A stretch of 64,000 nucleotides of DNA from an uncultured Verrucomicrobiota bacterium (GCA_964401575.1 CAYNZC010000006.1:1887-65886); one strand, 5' to 3'. Positions 55,172 through 64,000 are shown, numbered from the stretch's first letter. The notes: generated by a model from the sequence alone, not told the origin. Numbers and translations are program-made.

Positions 55172-55592
55172 GGGTAGTGATTTCGTGGTATTTGTGGCCG
55201 ATACCGGCGGCAAAGCGCTGCGGATCCTGCGCGAGAACCTGGTGGATGTCGTGGTGTTGGATTACCACATGCCATTCACGCGGTATGGCGCGAAGAGGGA
55301 ACCATCGGCCGTGCTGCAGGCGATTACAGATGCCTGCGCGCTGGTGCCCGTGGTGCTGGTCTGTGATGAAGCCGTTCACCTGGAGCATGCGGACTTTTTA
55401 ATGGCGGACATGGTTCTGACAGAACCGGTGGAGTATCCGGCGCTCCTGGAAGCAATGACCACCGTGCTGACCGAGACCCTGACGCAGCGCGCACAGCGGA
55501 AGGCCGGGGACTTTGGGCGTCCGGCTATCTTTTACAAATCCAAACAATCTCAACCTGTCTTTGGTTATGAGGAATCTGCTTATCGTGGATGA
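55092..55592 (+). CDS. single-domain receiver-like protein, atypical (pseudo-receiver?)
   Basis: CheY-like layout with VVVLDYHMP. The acidic pair is reduced to LLASADAS and the beta5 Lys position reads LTEPVEY. Confidence 0.6.
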   Translation: MKSELKNRVLLASADASFRRTLTPALEGSDFVVFVADTGGKALRILRENLVDVVVLDYHMPFTRYGAKREPSAVLQAITDACALVPVVLVCDEAVHLEHADFLMADMVLTEPVEYPALLEAMTTVLTETLTQRAQRKAGDFGRPAIFYKSKQSQPVFGYEESAYRG

Positions 55593-56127
55593 TGACTGCG
55601 CCGTGTGCGCATCGCTTGAGAAGTTGCTGCGAGCGGAGGGTTTCAATGTTATTACCGCATTCAATGCGGCGGAGGCCATCGAGCAGTATAAAGCGAAGCC
55701 TGTGGACCTGGTGGTGCTGGATGTGAATCTCGGCAACGATGATGGCTGGGATGTGTTCAAGCGCATGGAGAAAATAAACCCGGCGGTGCCAACGATCATC
55801 ATTACCGCAGAGTGGAGCCAGCACGCTCGAGCGGTGGCCCTGGGAGTCGAGGCGTTGATCGAGAAGCCAATTGATGTGCCGTCGTTCCTGGAGGTGGTGA
55901 ATGAGTTGCTTGCGCTTAAGGCGGCAAACGGGATATGCCGGATGCGCAACAGCGATCGTTACTGCCGTTACCGCGCCAGGGACTATGAAACACCGCTGAG
56001 AGCCCTGCAGGAGCGGTGCAGCGCGCCACTGGAGCTTTCGGCGGAAATGCTGGCGGCGGCGTCGAGCGCTTCGGATACTGGCAAACCGGAGATGCCATGC
56101 GCTCCGGGTGATCCTTTTGCGAGGTGA
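55567..56127 (+). CDS. response regulator, canonical receiver domain plus about 70-aa tail without recognised output domain
   Basis: LLIVDDD, LVVLDVNLGNDDG, TIIITA and LIEKPID motifs. Confidence 0.8.
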   Translation: MRNLLIVDDDCAVCASLEKLLRAEGFNVITAFNAAEAIEQYKAKPVDLVVLDVNLGNDDGWDVFKRMEKINPAVPTIIITAEWSQHARAVALGVEALIEKPIDVPSFLEVVNELLALKAANGICRMRNSDRYCRYRARDYETPLRALQERCSAPLELSAEMLAAASSASDTGKPEMPCAPGDPFAR

Positions 56128-56210
56128 TGCGAACGTGGCGCCCGCAGCGGGGGGGTGAGCTGCGGAAGCGGCATGTGTGGAGCATCCTGCTGCAAACTTG
56201 GACGGATGTG

Positions 56211-57641
56211 TCAGGCGCTGCCCGGGTCATCCCTGCCGTAGAGCCCGTATTCTTTGAGCTTTTCGCGCATCTTCAAGCGGGTGACACCCAGCCAACCGGC
56301 GGCTTTCGTCAGGTTTCCGTTGGTGCGGCGCATTGCCTGGCGATAAAGCTCCGGCTCGAGATCGGAGAGCATTTTGGAAAAAGCGTTTTCGATCTCGCCC
56401 CGCTCGACGCGGTCCATCAGTTCGGAGATGTAGGCGGCATGTGGCTGGCCGGGGGAGGAAATGGGCTGCCTGGATTTGGCGAGCACCTCGCGGATGTGGC
56501 CGACATTGATGGTATAATCCTTGGCGAGGAGAAGGGCCTGGCGGACGGTGTTTTCCAGTTCACGCACATTTCCGGGCCAGGCCTGGCTTTGCAGGAAGGC
56601 GATGGCTTCGGGCTGGATGGAAGGAGCCGTAACGCCCGATTCGTTGCTGTACCGCCGCATGAAGTACTTCACCATTTCCGGGATGTCCTCCTTGCGTTCG
56701 TCGAGGGGCGGGATGGTGATGGTGACCACTCCGAGCCGGTAGAAAAGATCCTGTCGGAACTGCTGTTCCTGGATGGCGGTTTCGAGGTCACGGTGAGTGG
56801 CGGCGATGATTCGAACATCCACGGGCACCGGCTCCTTTCCCCCGACGCGCTGGATGGATTTTTCCTGCAAAACTCGAAGCAGTTTTGCCTGGAGGTTCAG
56901 GTTCATGTCGCCGATTTCATCGAGGAACAGGGTGCCGCTGCTGGCCTGCTCGAACCGGCCCAGGCGCCGGGCATCGGCGCCGGTAAATGCGCCCCGTTCG
57001 TGACCGAACAATTCACTTTCCAGGAGCGTATCGGGAATCGCGGCGCAGTTGACGGCGATGAACGGGGCTGAGGCGCGGTCACTATGCTGATAGATGGCGC
57101 GGGCGATGAGTTCCTTGCCGGTGCCGGTGGCGCCGCGGATGAGAACCGTGACCGGTGTTGCGGCCACGCGGCCAATCTCCTTGTAAATGGCCTGCATGGC
57201 GCGGCTGTTGCCCACGATGGCTGTGCGCGTGGTGGCGGCATCCCCGATCTCGACCACGTCGGACATCAGGCGGCTTGTTTCGATCGCCCTGGCAAGCACA
57301 TCCAGCAATTCATCCACCTCGAAAGGCTTGAGGATGTAATCGAAAGCGCCGTACTTCGTGGCGTCAATGGCAGTCTCGGTCGTGCCATGTGCGGTGATGA
57401 GGATGATGGGCAGCTTTGGCTTGGCCTGGTGGAGCTCGCGAACCAGTTGCAGGCCATCCAGCCCGGGAAGCTTCAGGTCCGTGATCACGACATCAAACGC
57501 GTCGCCAAGGCCGGCAGCCAATCCCTCGTCGCCGCGCGCCAGGAGAGTCACATCGTAACCATCCCGTTGCATGACCTTGCGCAGGCCTGTGGCGATGTTC
57601 TGGTCGTCCTCGATGAGCAGGATTCTGGACTTTGCTTTCAT
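56211..57641 (-). CDS. sigma-54-dependent response regulator (NtrC family enhancer-binding protein)
   Basis: Receiver (ILLIEDD, VVITDLKLPGLDG). AAA+ domain (GATGTGKE Walker A, GAFTGA sigma-54 contact loop). Fis-type HTH (NLTKAAGWLGVTRLKMREKL). Confidence 0.92.
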   Translation of the reverse strand: MKAKSRILLIEDDQNIATGLRKVMQRDGYDVTLLARGDEGLAAGLGDAFDVVITDLKLPGLDGLQLVRELHQAKPKLPIILITAHGTTETAIDATKYGAFDYILKPFEVDELLDVLARAIETSRLMSDVVEIGDAATTRTAIVGNSRAMQAIYKEIGRVAATPVTVLIRGATGTGKELIARAIYQHSDRASAPFIAVNCAAIPDTLLESELFGHERGAFTGADARRLGRFEQASSGTLFLDEIGDMNLNLQAKLLRVLQEKSIQRVGGKEPVPVDVRIIAATHRDLETAIQEQQFRQDLFYRLGVVTITIPPLDERKEDIPEMVKYFMRRYSNESGVTAPSIQPEAIAFLQSQAWPGNVRELENTVRQALLLAKDYTINVGHIREVLAKSRQPISSPGQPHAAYISELMDRVERGEIENAFSKMLSDLEPELYRQAMRRTNGNLTKAAGWLGVTRLKMREKLKEYGLYGRDDPGSA

Positions 57642-58969
57642 GCGTTTGCGATTGGCAATAAGATGCTGAACGTGGTGCCCTTGCCCGGTTCGGTGCGGTA
57701 CTGGATGAGCCCGCCGTGCTGCTCGACAATGCGCGCGGAGACCGGCAAACCCAGCCCGGTGCCTTTTTCCTTGGTGGTGAAGAACGGGTCGAACAGCCGC
57801 TTCTGGACTTCCGGCGGGATTCCTTCGCCTGTGTCCGAAATGCTGATGGTGACGGCCGGGAGAGGGCGTCCGTCAACCACCTGCCGGTCTTTTTTCGAGC
57901 TTAGAGTGACGGTGCCGCGTCCCGGGATGCTATCGGCGGCGTTCTGGATGAAGTTGAGCATGACCTGCTTCATCTTTTCCGGGTCGATGCGCACGGTTTC
58001 CCCGGCATCGAGGCGGAGGTCGAACCGGATGCCGCGTTCCGTGAGCTCGGGGAGGAGCAGGTTGTGGACCTCGCGCAGGAACGGGTCAATTTCGGCAGGC
58101 ATGAGGTTCGGCTCGGCTGGCCGGGCGAAGCGCAGGAACTCCTGGACGATTCGCTCGAGGCGGTTGATTTCGCTTTCGATCACCTGCAAGTCTTCGAACT
58201 CTCCCGTGCCCGGTGTGTGGCTTCCCTTCAACGTGAACAGCCGGACCTTGATGGCGGTGATCGGGTTGCGGATTTCGTGGGCGATGCCGGTGGCCAGGAC
58301 GCCGAGCGATGCGAGTTTTTCCTGCCGTTCGATCAGCACGCGGCTTTCGGCGAGGCTGCTGCGCAGCGGACCTACCATGCGGCGGTAGGTGAACCCCAGG
58401 ACGGCCACGCCGCAAATGAGCAAACCCGCCAGTGCGACGAAGAGGAACCGTTGCAGTCGTGTCAGCCGGGCATCCACAGTGGCCAGGAGATCCTGAACGC
58501 TTGCTTCGTTCGCGGCGCGGAGCTTTTCGGAGATGTTCAGCAGGAGAGCCAGTTGGTCGCTTGCCTTGCCCCCGGGCCCGGCCAGGATTTTCGCGCCGGA
58601 CGAATCCAGAGCCAGTGCGCGATACACCCCTGTTTCCCGGGAAAGCTCCTGCAGCAGTTCCTTTTCGGCGGGAGACGTTGCGATCGAAATTTCCTCGCGC
58701 AGCAGCTTTTCGAGGCGGTCGCCTGCGGACGTGAATGCGCTGCGGTCGCCGGGATTGAACACCGCCGAATTGCGCGCAACGGCCATATCGAGGATGGCTG
58801 TATGGAGCCGATCCGAGGAGCGGATCTGTTGCACGGCTTCCGGGCTCAAGGCCCGGCGCAATCTGTTGATTTGCTGCCAGGCGGAGCGCTCGGTTAGCAG
58901 GATGATCGAGATCACCGCCACGACTGCGGCGATGAACTCGGTCATTCGAACTCGAACAGGCAACTTCAT
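57638..58969 (-). CDS. sensor histidine kinase (NtrB-like HisKA + HATPase_c)
   Basis: N-terminal TM helix. H-box GIAHEIRNPITAI. N-box NFIQNAADS. G-boxes DTGEGI and GTGLGL. ATGA overlap with the NtrC-like gene. ATG 58969 chosen; the track start is TTG 59002. Confidence 0.88.
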   Translation of the reverse strand: MKLPVRVRMTEFIAAVVAVISIILLTERSAWQQINRLRRALSPEAVQQIRSSDRLHTAILDMAVARNSAVFNPGDRSAFTSAGDRLEKLLREEISIATSPAEKELLQELSRETGVYRALALDSSGAKILAGPGGKASDQLALLLNISEKLRAANEASVQDLLATVDARLTRLQRFLFVALAGLLICGVAVLGFTYRRMVGPLRSSLAESRVLIERQEKLASLGVLATGIAHEIRNPITAIKVRLFTLKGSHTPGTGEFEDLQVIESEINRLERIVQEFLRFARPAEPNLMPAEIDPFLREVHNLLLPELTERGIRFDLRLDAGETVRIDPEKMKQVMLNFIQNAADSIPGRGTVTLSSKKDRQVVDGRPLPAVTISISDTGEGIPPEVQKRLFDPFFTTKEKGTGLGLPVSARIVEQHGGLIQYRTEPGKGTTFSILLPIANA

Positions 58970-59068
58970 ATCAATGGTGGCCCGGGGCAGTTTACGAAAC
59001 AAAGCTGCCCGGGGACAGGCCCGATCTTGTCACAGTCATCGAAGGCCTGAGTTTAAGGCGTCAGGTTG

Positions 59069-59470
59069 CTAAAGGTGAAAGTGACGGGCCGCCTCAGGCT
59101 GGTAAAGGACCTGGATGACCTTGAGCCGGATGCGCCCGGCGGGCACTTCCCATTCGAACTCCTCCCCCTGGCGCTGGCCAAGCATGGCGGTGCCGATGGG
59201 CGCGAGCACCGAAATGCGATTGTGCTCGATGCTGGCGTTTTCCGGGAAAACGAGGGTGTAGGTCATTTCATCGTCATCCTCGAGATCCTTCAGCCTGGCT
59301 TGCGAGTTCATAGTGATCACATCCCCGGGAATTTCCTGCGGATCCACCACGTGGGCATTGTCCAGTTCATTGCGGAGTGCGCTCAGGTCGTCCCGCGTCT
59401 CCTTGGTTTGCGAGATCAGGGAACGAAGCCGGTCCATGTCCGCCTTTGTGATGTAGATGGCTCTTTTCAT
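59069..59470 (-). CDS. rnk: regulator of nucleoside diphosphate kinase (Rnk; Gre-family C-terminal domain)
   Basis: 133 aa. MKRAIYITKADMDRLRSLI... plus a GreA-C-like domain (SVLAPIGTAMLGQRQGEEFEW). Confidence 0.82.
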   Translation of the reverse strand: MKRAIYITKADMDRLRSLISQTKETRDDLSALRNELDNAHVVDPQEIPGDVITMNSQARLKDLEDDDEMTYTLVFPENASIEHNRISVLAPIGTAMLGQRQGEEFEWEVPAGRIRLKVIQVLYQPEAARHFHL

Positions 59471-59536
59471 AGTATTAATAATGCTGCTGCTGCCTGCTTT
59501 TTTGGTGTGATTGTTTTTTCAGTGCGGGCTGCCGGC

Positions 59537-61825
59537 TCACGTTTGCAGCCAGAATGACATGTCTGCAATCTGTTCCTGCGTGCCCAGGACCAGGAGGCGG
59601 TCTCCGGAGCTCAGCGTATCCAGCTTGCCCGCGGTGAGGCGTCCAGCGCCGCTGCGATCCACGCCGACGACCTGGATGCCCAGTTGCCGGGTGAGTTGGA
59701 GTTCACCCAGGGACTTGCCGATGTGGCGTGAGTCCGGAGGCACCATCACCTGGTCCAGGCAGAGTTCATCCAGGCTGCGCGCATCTTCCCGCGCGGCTTT
59801 CTCCGGTGCGCTGAGCCAGCGCTCGGCCTGGCGCAGATCGGATTCCGCCCCCAACAGGAGCAGCCGGTCGTTTGGGTACAGGACTGTGTCGGCCTCGGGG
59901 TTCGGCAGATGGTGTCCGTGCCGATCAATGCCCACAATGATGCAATAAAACATCTGCCGGATCGGCAATTGGCGGATGGATTTACCGGCCGCGCGCGTGT
60001 GCTCGCCGACGATGTGTTCCCGGACCAGCAGATTCCAGTTGTAACTATGCTCCTGCCAGAGGTTGGCCGTGCGGGTGTCGGCTGAAGATGCCGGGTCTTG
60101 CAAATGGTCGCGCAAGTCAATTTCGAGCCGGCTGTGCCAGCGCACAAGCTTGCGCCAGAAAATCAGTGCCAGCACGATGGCAATCAGCGGCAATGCGGCC
60201 AGGCTCCATTTGGGAAGAACCTCGTACGGAATAAACATGGAGATCCAGACGAGCACAGCCACGAAGGCGGCGCCATGCAGCATTTTCTCGAATGCCGGCT
60301 GGATCCGGGCGCGGTGGCGGTAGCCGCGGGTTGCGGCCTCGGCGCAGATCATGGAGAGCGCCTCGATCGTGCGCCACAGAGCCACCATAGGAGCCAGCAG
60401 GATGAGCAGAAAAACGAGCCAGAAGGTCAGCGGCAGCGCGTGAGGCACCGGCCAATCGGGTGAAAGCCATTTTTCAGCCAGTGCGTACGCCGGTTTTGCC
60501 AGGACGAGTATTCCCGAAACGATCAGCGCCTGTGCCACGACCTGCAGCCATCGCGGGCCGGTGAGGCGCCAGAACAGGCTGGAGCGCTGTCGGTGCCGAA
60601 AACTCTCGATCCAGGCGTGGTAGAAACCGGCCGCTCTCCGCAGGAAGCGCGGCTGCCGGCTCTCGATCCATTGGCCAATGCGGGCCGGGTGACGGATCGA
60701 AAGGGGTGTTGTCAACGCGCTCATGAGGCAGACGGAGACTGCCAGCGCATAGAACCAATCCGGCACAATCGCGGCACTGACTGCCGCAAGGGCGACGATG
60801 AGTGAGAATTCGCCAATGGGGGTGAGGGAAACTCCGGCGCGCACGGCCTCGCCGGTCTTGTTGCCCACCAGCATCAGGGCAAACGTCGAGCTGAAGGCGC
60901 GCCATAGCATGGCAAAAGCGAACACCAGGAGCGCTGTGGGCCAGAGATTCAGCAGCAGCTTGACATCGAAAAGCATGCCGGCTGCCACGAAGAACAACGC
61001 GCCGAACACCTCGCACAGCCCGCCCAGCGAGCGTTCCACCTGCGCCTTGTGACCGGTGCTGGCGACCACACTGCCGAGCAGGAAGGCGCCGATCGCGGCG
61101 GAGAAACCGGCCTTGTAAGAGAGCAAAGCCACCAACAGCAGCACGCCCACGATGAAGAGCGGTTGCAGGTCCCCGGAATGGTTTCGGGCCAGGCGCCGAA
61201 GAGCCGGCGGAAGCATGAGGATCGCAATGACAAGCACGGCGATCATGACTGCGGCCAGGGTCATGGTGGCGCCGGCAAAGCCGCCCGGAGCCGTCATCGC
61301 CGAAGTGTGCGCCACCGTCAGCATCGTCAGGATAATCACAGCCACCAGGTCGTCCAGGGCCGTGATCGTCAGGGCCATTTGTCCGAAAGTGCTGTGCAGC
61401 GCGTTATTTTCGCGAAGCGTTTTGCCGATGATCGCAGTGCTGGACACCATCAACATTCCTGCCAGGACCAAACCGTACAGGCCGGGCCATCCCAGGACAA
61501 AGCCGAGCAGGCGACTGCCGTTAAGCATCAGGATGACGGTAATGATGGTCGCGAGGATCAGCGGCAATCCCACTCCTTTGAGGCGCTGCAAGCGGAGTCC
61601 CTGCCCGATTTGGAAAACGAGGAAGACCAGGCCAACCTGGGCCAGCGAATGAATGCGGCTCGAGTCTTCAATAATGGTGAACAAGGCCATGTGGGGCCCG
61701 ATGAGAATCCCCACGGCGATGTAACCGGCGATGAGTGGCAGTCCCACGCGCCGACAAAACCAGCCAGCGCCTGCAGCGGCCAAAATCACCAGTCCAAGAT
61801 CTTGAATTAAATCGATACCAGCCAT
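59537..61825 (-). CDS. CPA2-family cation:proton antiporter with two C-terminal RCK_C (TrkA_C) domains
   Basis: About 12 TM Na+/H+-exchanger domain, a second membrane segment, then two RCK_C units (GKSIRQL...DRLLLLG; GKSLGEL...DRLLVLG). ATG 61825 preferred over TTG 61837. Confidence 0.85.
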   Translation of the reverse strand: MAGIDLIQDLGLVILAAAGAGWFCRRVGLPLIAGYIAVGILIGPHMALFTIIEDSSRIHSLAQVGLVFLVFQIGQGLRLQRLKGVGLPLILATIITVILMLNGSRLLGFVLGWPGLYGLVLAGMLMVSSTAIIGKTLRENNALHSTFGQMALTITALDDLVAVIILTMLTVAHTSAMTAPGGFAGATMTLAAVMIAVLVIAILMLPPALRRLARNHSGDLQPLFIVGVLLLVALLSYKAGFSAAIGAFLLGSVVASTGHKAQVERSLGGLCEVFGALFFVAAGMLFDVKLLLNLWPTALLVFAFAMLWRAFSSTFALMLVGNKTGEAVRAGVSLTPIGEFSLIVALAAVSAAIVPDWFYALAVSVCLMSALTTPLSIRHPARIGQWIESRQPRFLRRAAGFYHAWIESFRHRQRSSLFWRLTGPRWLQVVAQALIVSGILVLAKPAYALAEKWLSPDWPVPHALPLTFWLVFLLILLAPMVALWRTIEALSMICAEAATRGYRHRARIQPAFEKMLHGAAFVAVLVWISMFIPYEVLPKWSLAALPLIAIVLALIFWRKLVRWHSRLEIDLRDHLQDPASSADTRTANLWQEHSYNWNLLVREHIVGEHTRAAGKSIRQLPIRQMFYCIIVGIDRHGHHLPNPEADTVLYPNDRLLLLGAESDLRQAERWLSAPEKAAREDARSLDELCLDQVMVPPDSRHIGKSLGELQLTRQLGIQVVGVDRSGAGRLTAGKLDTLSSGDRLLVLGTQEQIADMSFWLQT

Positions 61826-61932
61826 GACGGGGGACAACGTTTTGCCGGGTTTCCTTACAGCCCGGCGGGATGGATCCCCGCATCAATACCGTTGCGCAGG
61901 GAGAGGATCGAAATGCCGAGCGCGACCTCGTT

Positions 61933-61951
61933 CCGGTCTTGTGAAGACCGG
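61933..61951. repeat. perfect 8-bp-arm inverted repeat CCGGTCTT-gtg-AAGACCGG
   Basis: Read directly from the sequence. Lies in the 440-bp spacer between the two antiporter genes. Confidence 0.85.
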
Positions 61952-62161
61952 TGCGGAGGCACCGAGGCGGCCCCGAGCCGTTTATGCCCGGCCCGGCGCA
62001 CCCACTGGATGGTTTTTGCGTTCAGCATGACTATCGTCACTCATGCTAAGCGAAAGTGATGCCAACTGCTGTGAAACGGCGCAAAACCCTGCAAGCAAGA
62101 ATGTTCGAGGAGCCCGGCAGGATTTGAAACGTGGCGCGAGTGGAACTTTTTATTCCGGCAT

Positions 62162-62179
62162 CGGTTCTTTTAAGACCGG
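62162..62179. repeat. related imperfect inverted repeat CGGTTCTT-tt-AAGACCGG
   Basis: Shares CGGT(T)CTT..AAGACCGG with the 61933 element and lies 229 bp from it. Confidence 0.6.
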
Positions 62180-62264
62180 ACCCGGCTTCTCCAAAGAAGA
62201 GTTGTCGCTGTCGAGGCAGCGCTGAATGCGCGGTGCTTTTTTGGCCCGGATCCCCGCAGGCGAA

Positions 62265-64000
62265 TCACGAGTTGGAGTTACCCGGTTCCTGGAGGATGGA
62301 CATGCCCACCAGCTCGATCTTCTGGTCGTCCGAGAGCCGCAGGATGCGGAACCTGAGGCATTCAAACTCGACCACCGCATCGATCTCTGTGCGCTCCGGC
62401 CCAAGTTCGCGCCGCATGACCTCGTCCAGGGTTGTCTGGGGCGGGGCGTCAATATGGATCGAGTAGTATTGTTCCAACTCACCGACCGTGGTTCTTCCGC
62501 GAAACGGGAACTCGAAATCGGGAGGCAGGCCAGAGCGCTGCCCGGTCTTGGTGGCAAAGACCTGGTCAACCAGCGACTCCGTGCCCGCCCGCAGGACGAG
62601 AATAACGTGATCGCCCGCGTGGATGCGTGTGGTGCCTTGCGGGGGAATGACTTTTCCGTTTCGAGCGATCAGAGCGATGACCACTCCGGCGGGCAGGGCC
62701 AGTTCCTTGACCAGTCGTCCGGCGGCCATCGAGTCTTTTGCAATAGTGTAATCCACAACCTTCCCATCGATCTTGCGCAGGGAGCTGATTTCGAGCGTGA
62801 CGGGCGGGGGAGGGCCAAGCGGCCGTTCAAGACCGAGCATCCGGGCAACCGGGGTGAGGGTGGTGCCCTGGACAAAAGCGGATGCGACCACGATGAAAAA
62901 GATCACGTCGAACAACAACGACGCCTGCAACGAATGCTCAGGTGTGGCGAACATGAGTGGGAAGGTGGCGAGAGTGATCGGCACGGCTCCTTTCAAACCG
63001 ACCCACGAAATGAAGGTAAGCTCCTGTTTGGTGAACTTGAATGGCAGTGCGGAAATCCAGACCGCCACGGGCCTGGCCACGAACATGAGAACCAAAGTCA
63101 CCAGGATGGCCTTGCCACTCACGTCCAGCAGGCGGCTGGGGAAACACAACAGCCCGAGTGTGACGAACATGACGATCTGCGAGAGCCAGGCCAATGCATC
63201 GTGAAAACGGCGAATGCCATGTTGAAAGGAAAGCTGCCGGTTGCCGATGACCACCCCGGCGAGATAGACCGCCAGGAACCCGCTCCCTTTCAGGTAAACC
63301 GCAGCGCCATACGTCAGAAAGCAGAAGGCGCTGACCAGCACCGGGTACATGCCGGTCGTGCCCAGTTCAATCCGGTTCACCACCCAAACCGCGGCGAATC
63401 CCCCCGCCAAACCGACCACGGTTCCAATCAACATTTGCGACGCAAAGAGGCCCAGTAGCCCGGGTCCGAGCGTGACATGCCCGAGTAGCAACTCGATGCA
63501 GCCGATGGTCAGGAAGATGGCCATCGGATCGTTCGAGGCGCTTTCCACTTCCAGCACGGAAGAGATCCGCTTTGGCAGGCCCACGCCACCGGAGCGGAGG
63601 ATCGAGAAGACGGCGGAGGCGTCTGTCGAGCCGACGATGCTTCCGAGCAGGAGGCCCTCCAGCACCGAAATATTGAGAATCCAGGACGCCGCCAGGCCGG
63701 TGATGGCCGCTGTGATCAGCACGCCCAGTGTTGCCAGGAGAATCGACGGCTGCCAGGACACCCGGATGGCGCTCATGGTAGTGCCCAGCCCGCCATCAAA
63801 CAGGATGATGGCCAACGCCACACTTCCCACCGCGTGGGCCAGGCGGTAATTTTCGAAGTCAATGCCCCCGATGCCCTCCGAGCCGGCGAACATACCCACC
63901 AGCAGAAACAGCACCAGCACCGGCATCCCAAGCCGGGCGGAGAGCTTGCTCGATGCGATTCCGAGCAGGAGCAGCACACCCGTTACCAGGACGATGGTAT
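62265..64000 (-). CDS. nhaP2: K+/H+ (cation/proton) antiporter, NhaP2/CvrA-like CPA1 with C-terminal TrkA_C domain; 5' end outside the window
   Basis: N-terminal region LLLLGIASSKLSARLGMPVLVLFLLVGMFAGSEGIGGIDFENY is typical of NhaP2. C-terminal RCK_C (AAGRLVKELALPAGVVIALIARNGKVI...GDHVILV). The frame stays open to nt 64000. Confidence 0.85.
   Translation of the reverse strand, partial: TIVLVTGVLLLLGIASSKLSARLGMPVLVLFLLVGMFAGSEGIGGIDFENYRLAHAVGSVALAIILFDGGLGTTMSAIRVSWQPSILLATLGVLITAAITGLAASWILNISVLEGLLLGSIVGSTDASAVFSILRSGGVGLPKRISSVLEVESASNDPMAIFLTIGCIELLLGHVTLGPGLLGLFASQMLIGTVVGLAGGFAAVWVVNRIELGTTGMYPVLVSAFCFLTYGAAVYLKGSGFLAVYLAGVVIGNRQLSFQHGIRRFHDALAWLSQIVMFVTLGLLCFPSRLLDVSGKAILVTLVLMFVARPVAVWISALPFKFTKQELTFISWVGLKGAVPITLATFPLMFATPEHSLQASLLFDVIFFIVVASAFVQGTTLTPVARMLGLERPLGPPPPVTLEISSLRKIDGKVVDYTIAKDSMAAGRLVKELALPAGVVIALIARNGKVIPPQGTTRIHAGDHVILVLRAGTESLVDQVFATKTGQRSGLPPDFEFPFRGRTTVGELEQYYSIHIDAPPQTTLDEVMRRELGPERTEIDAVVEFECLRFRILRLSDDQKIELVGMSILQEPGNSNS

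Noticed and set aside
61826-62264. c-di-AMP (ydaO-type) or other riboswitch in the long leader of the CPA2 antiporter
   Set aside because: I could not see the pseudo-symmetric ydaO core motifs on the minus strand, only simple palindromes. An Rfam scan is needed to exclude it fully.
1-64000. tRNA, rRNA, CRISPR arrays, IS elements, integrases, reverse transcriptases (retron/DGR)
   Set aside because: Scanning the intergenic regions by eye found no tRNA-like T-arm/acceptor pattern and no regularly spaced repeats. No ORF has transposase, integrase or RT motifs. tRNAscan-SE, Infernal and a CRISPR finder would confirm this.

Overview
High-GC (roughly 60% by eye) bacterial chromosomal segment. The gene content suggests the PVC superphylum (Verrucomicrobiota or Planctomycetota): an exosortase locus, several sulfatases, giant secreted beta-propeller proteins with haem motifs, and sigma-54 signalling. 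This taxonomic guess is inference only. I recognise about 50 protein genes and no rRNA, tRNA, CRISPR array, transposase or integrase.

Layout:
(1) 0-10 kb: a co-directional exosortase/PEP-CTERM-type operon (AsnB-like amidotransferase, outer-membrane (OM) beta-barrel, NadE-like PP-loop enzyme, RmlD-like protein, exosortase, PrsT-like TPR lipoprotein).
(2) 10-29 kb: housekeeping genes (rsmB, a long Gre-family factor, argF-argD, HAD hydrolase, prfA, rpmE, FAH hydrolase, LolA-like plus hotdog dehydratase, mgtE-yhbY, BNR protein, sulfatase, acpS-pdxJ, rpoD, ribH-ribBA).
(3) 29.4-30.8 kb: a PIN/Phd-type toxin-antitoxin (TA) cassette bracketed by 54-nt direct repeats.
(4) 30.8-46 kb: secreted and periplasmic enzymes (propeller-phosphoesterase fusion, an orphan protein, then IclR regulator, propeller/di-haem peroxidase fusion, a 1387-aa LamG/PD40/CxxCH/propeller giant, sulfatase, beta-helix protein).
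(5) 46-49.4 kb: rubrerythrin, a TIM-barrel protein and a small nucleotidyltransferase-fold module.
(6) 49.4-53.3 kb: zinc-ribbon protein, membrane-fused spermidine-synthase-like protein, thrS.
(7) 53.5-59.5 kb: signalling block (candidate sigma-54 promoter, saccharopine-dehydrogenase-like protein, pseudo-receiver plus receiver, convergent rnk / histidine kinase / NtrC-like operon).
(8) 59.5-64 kb: two tandem cation/proton antiporters, the last one running off the window.

All calls come from motif recognition in the supplied ORF translations and hand inspection of the DNA. No searches were run. The ORF track uses ATG, GTG and TTG starts, so several starts were re-picked by hand.

Best hunting leads:
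- the atypical enzyme set wired into the exosortase operon;
- the IclR-headed haem/sulfatase/beta-helix cluster;
- the 54-nt repeats flanking the TA cassette, with a third partial copy beside another accessory module;
- the sigma-54 promoter / small ORF / pseudo-receiver module;
- the N-terminally extended Gre factor.
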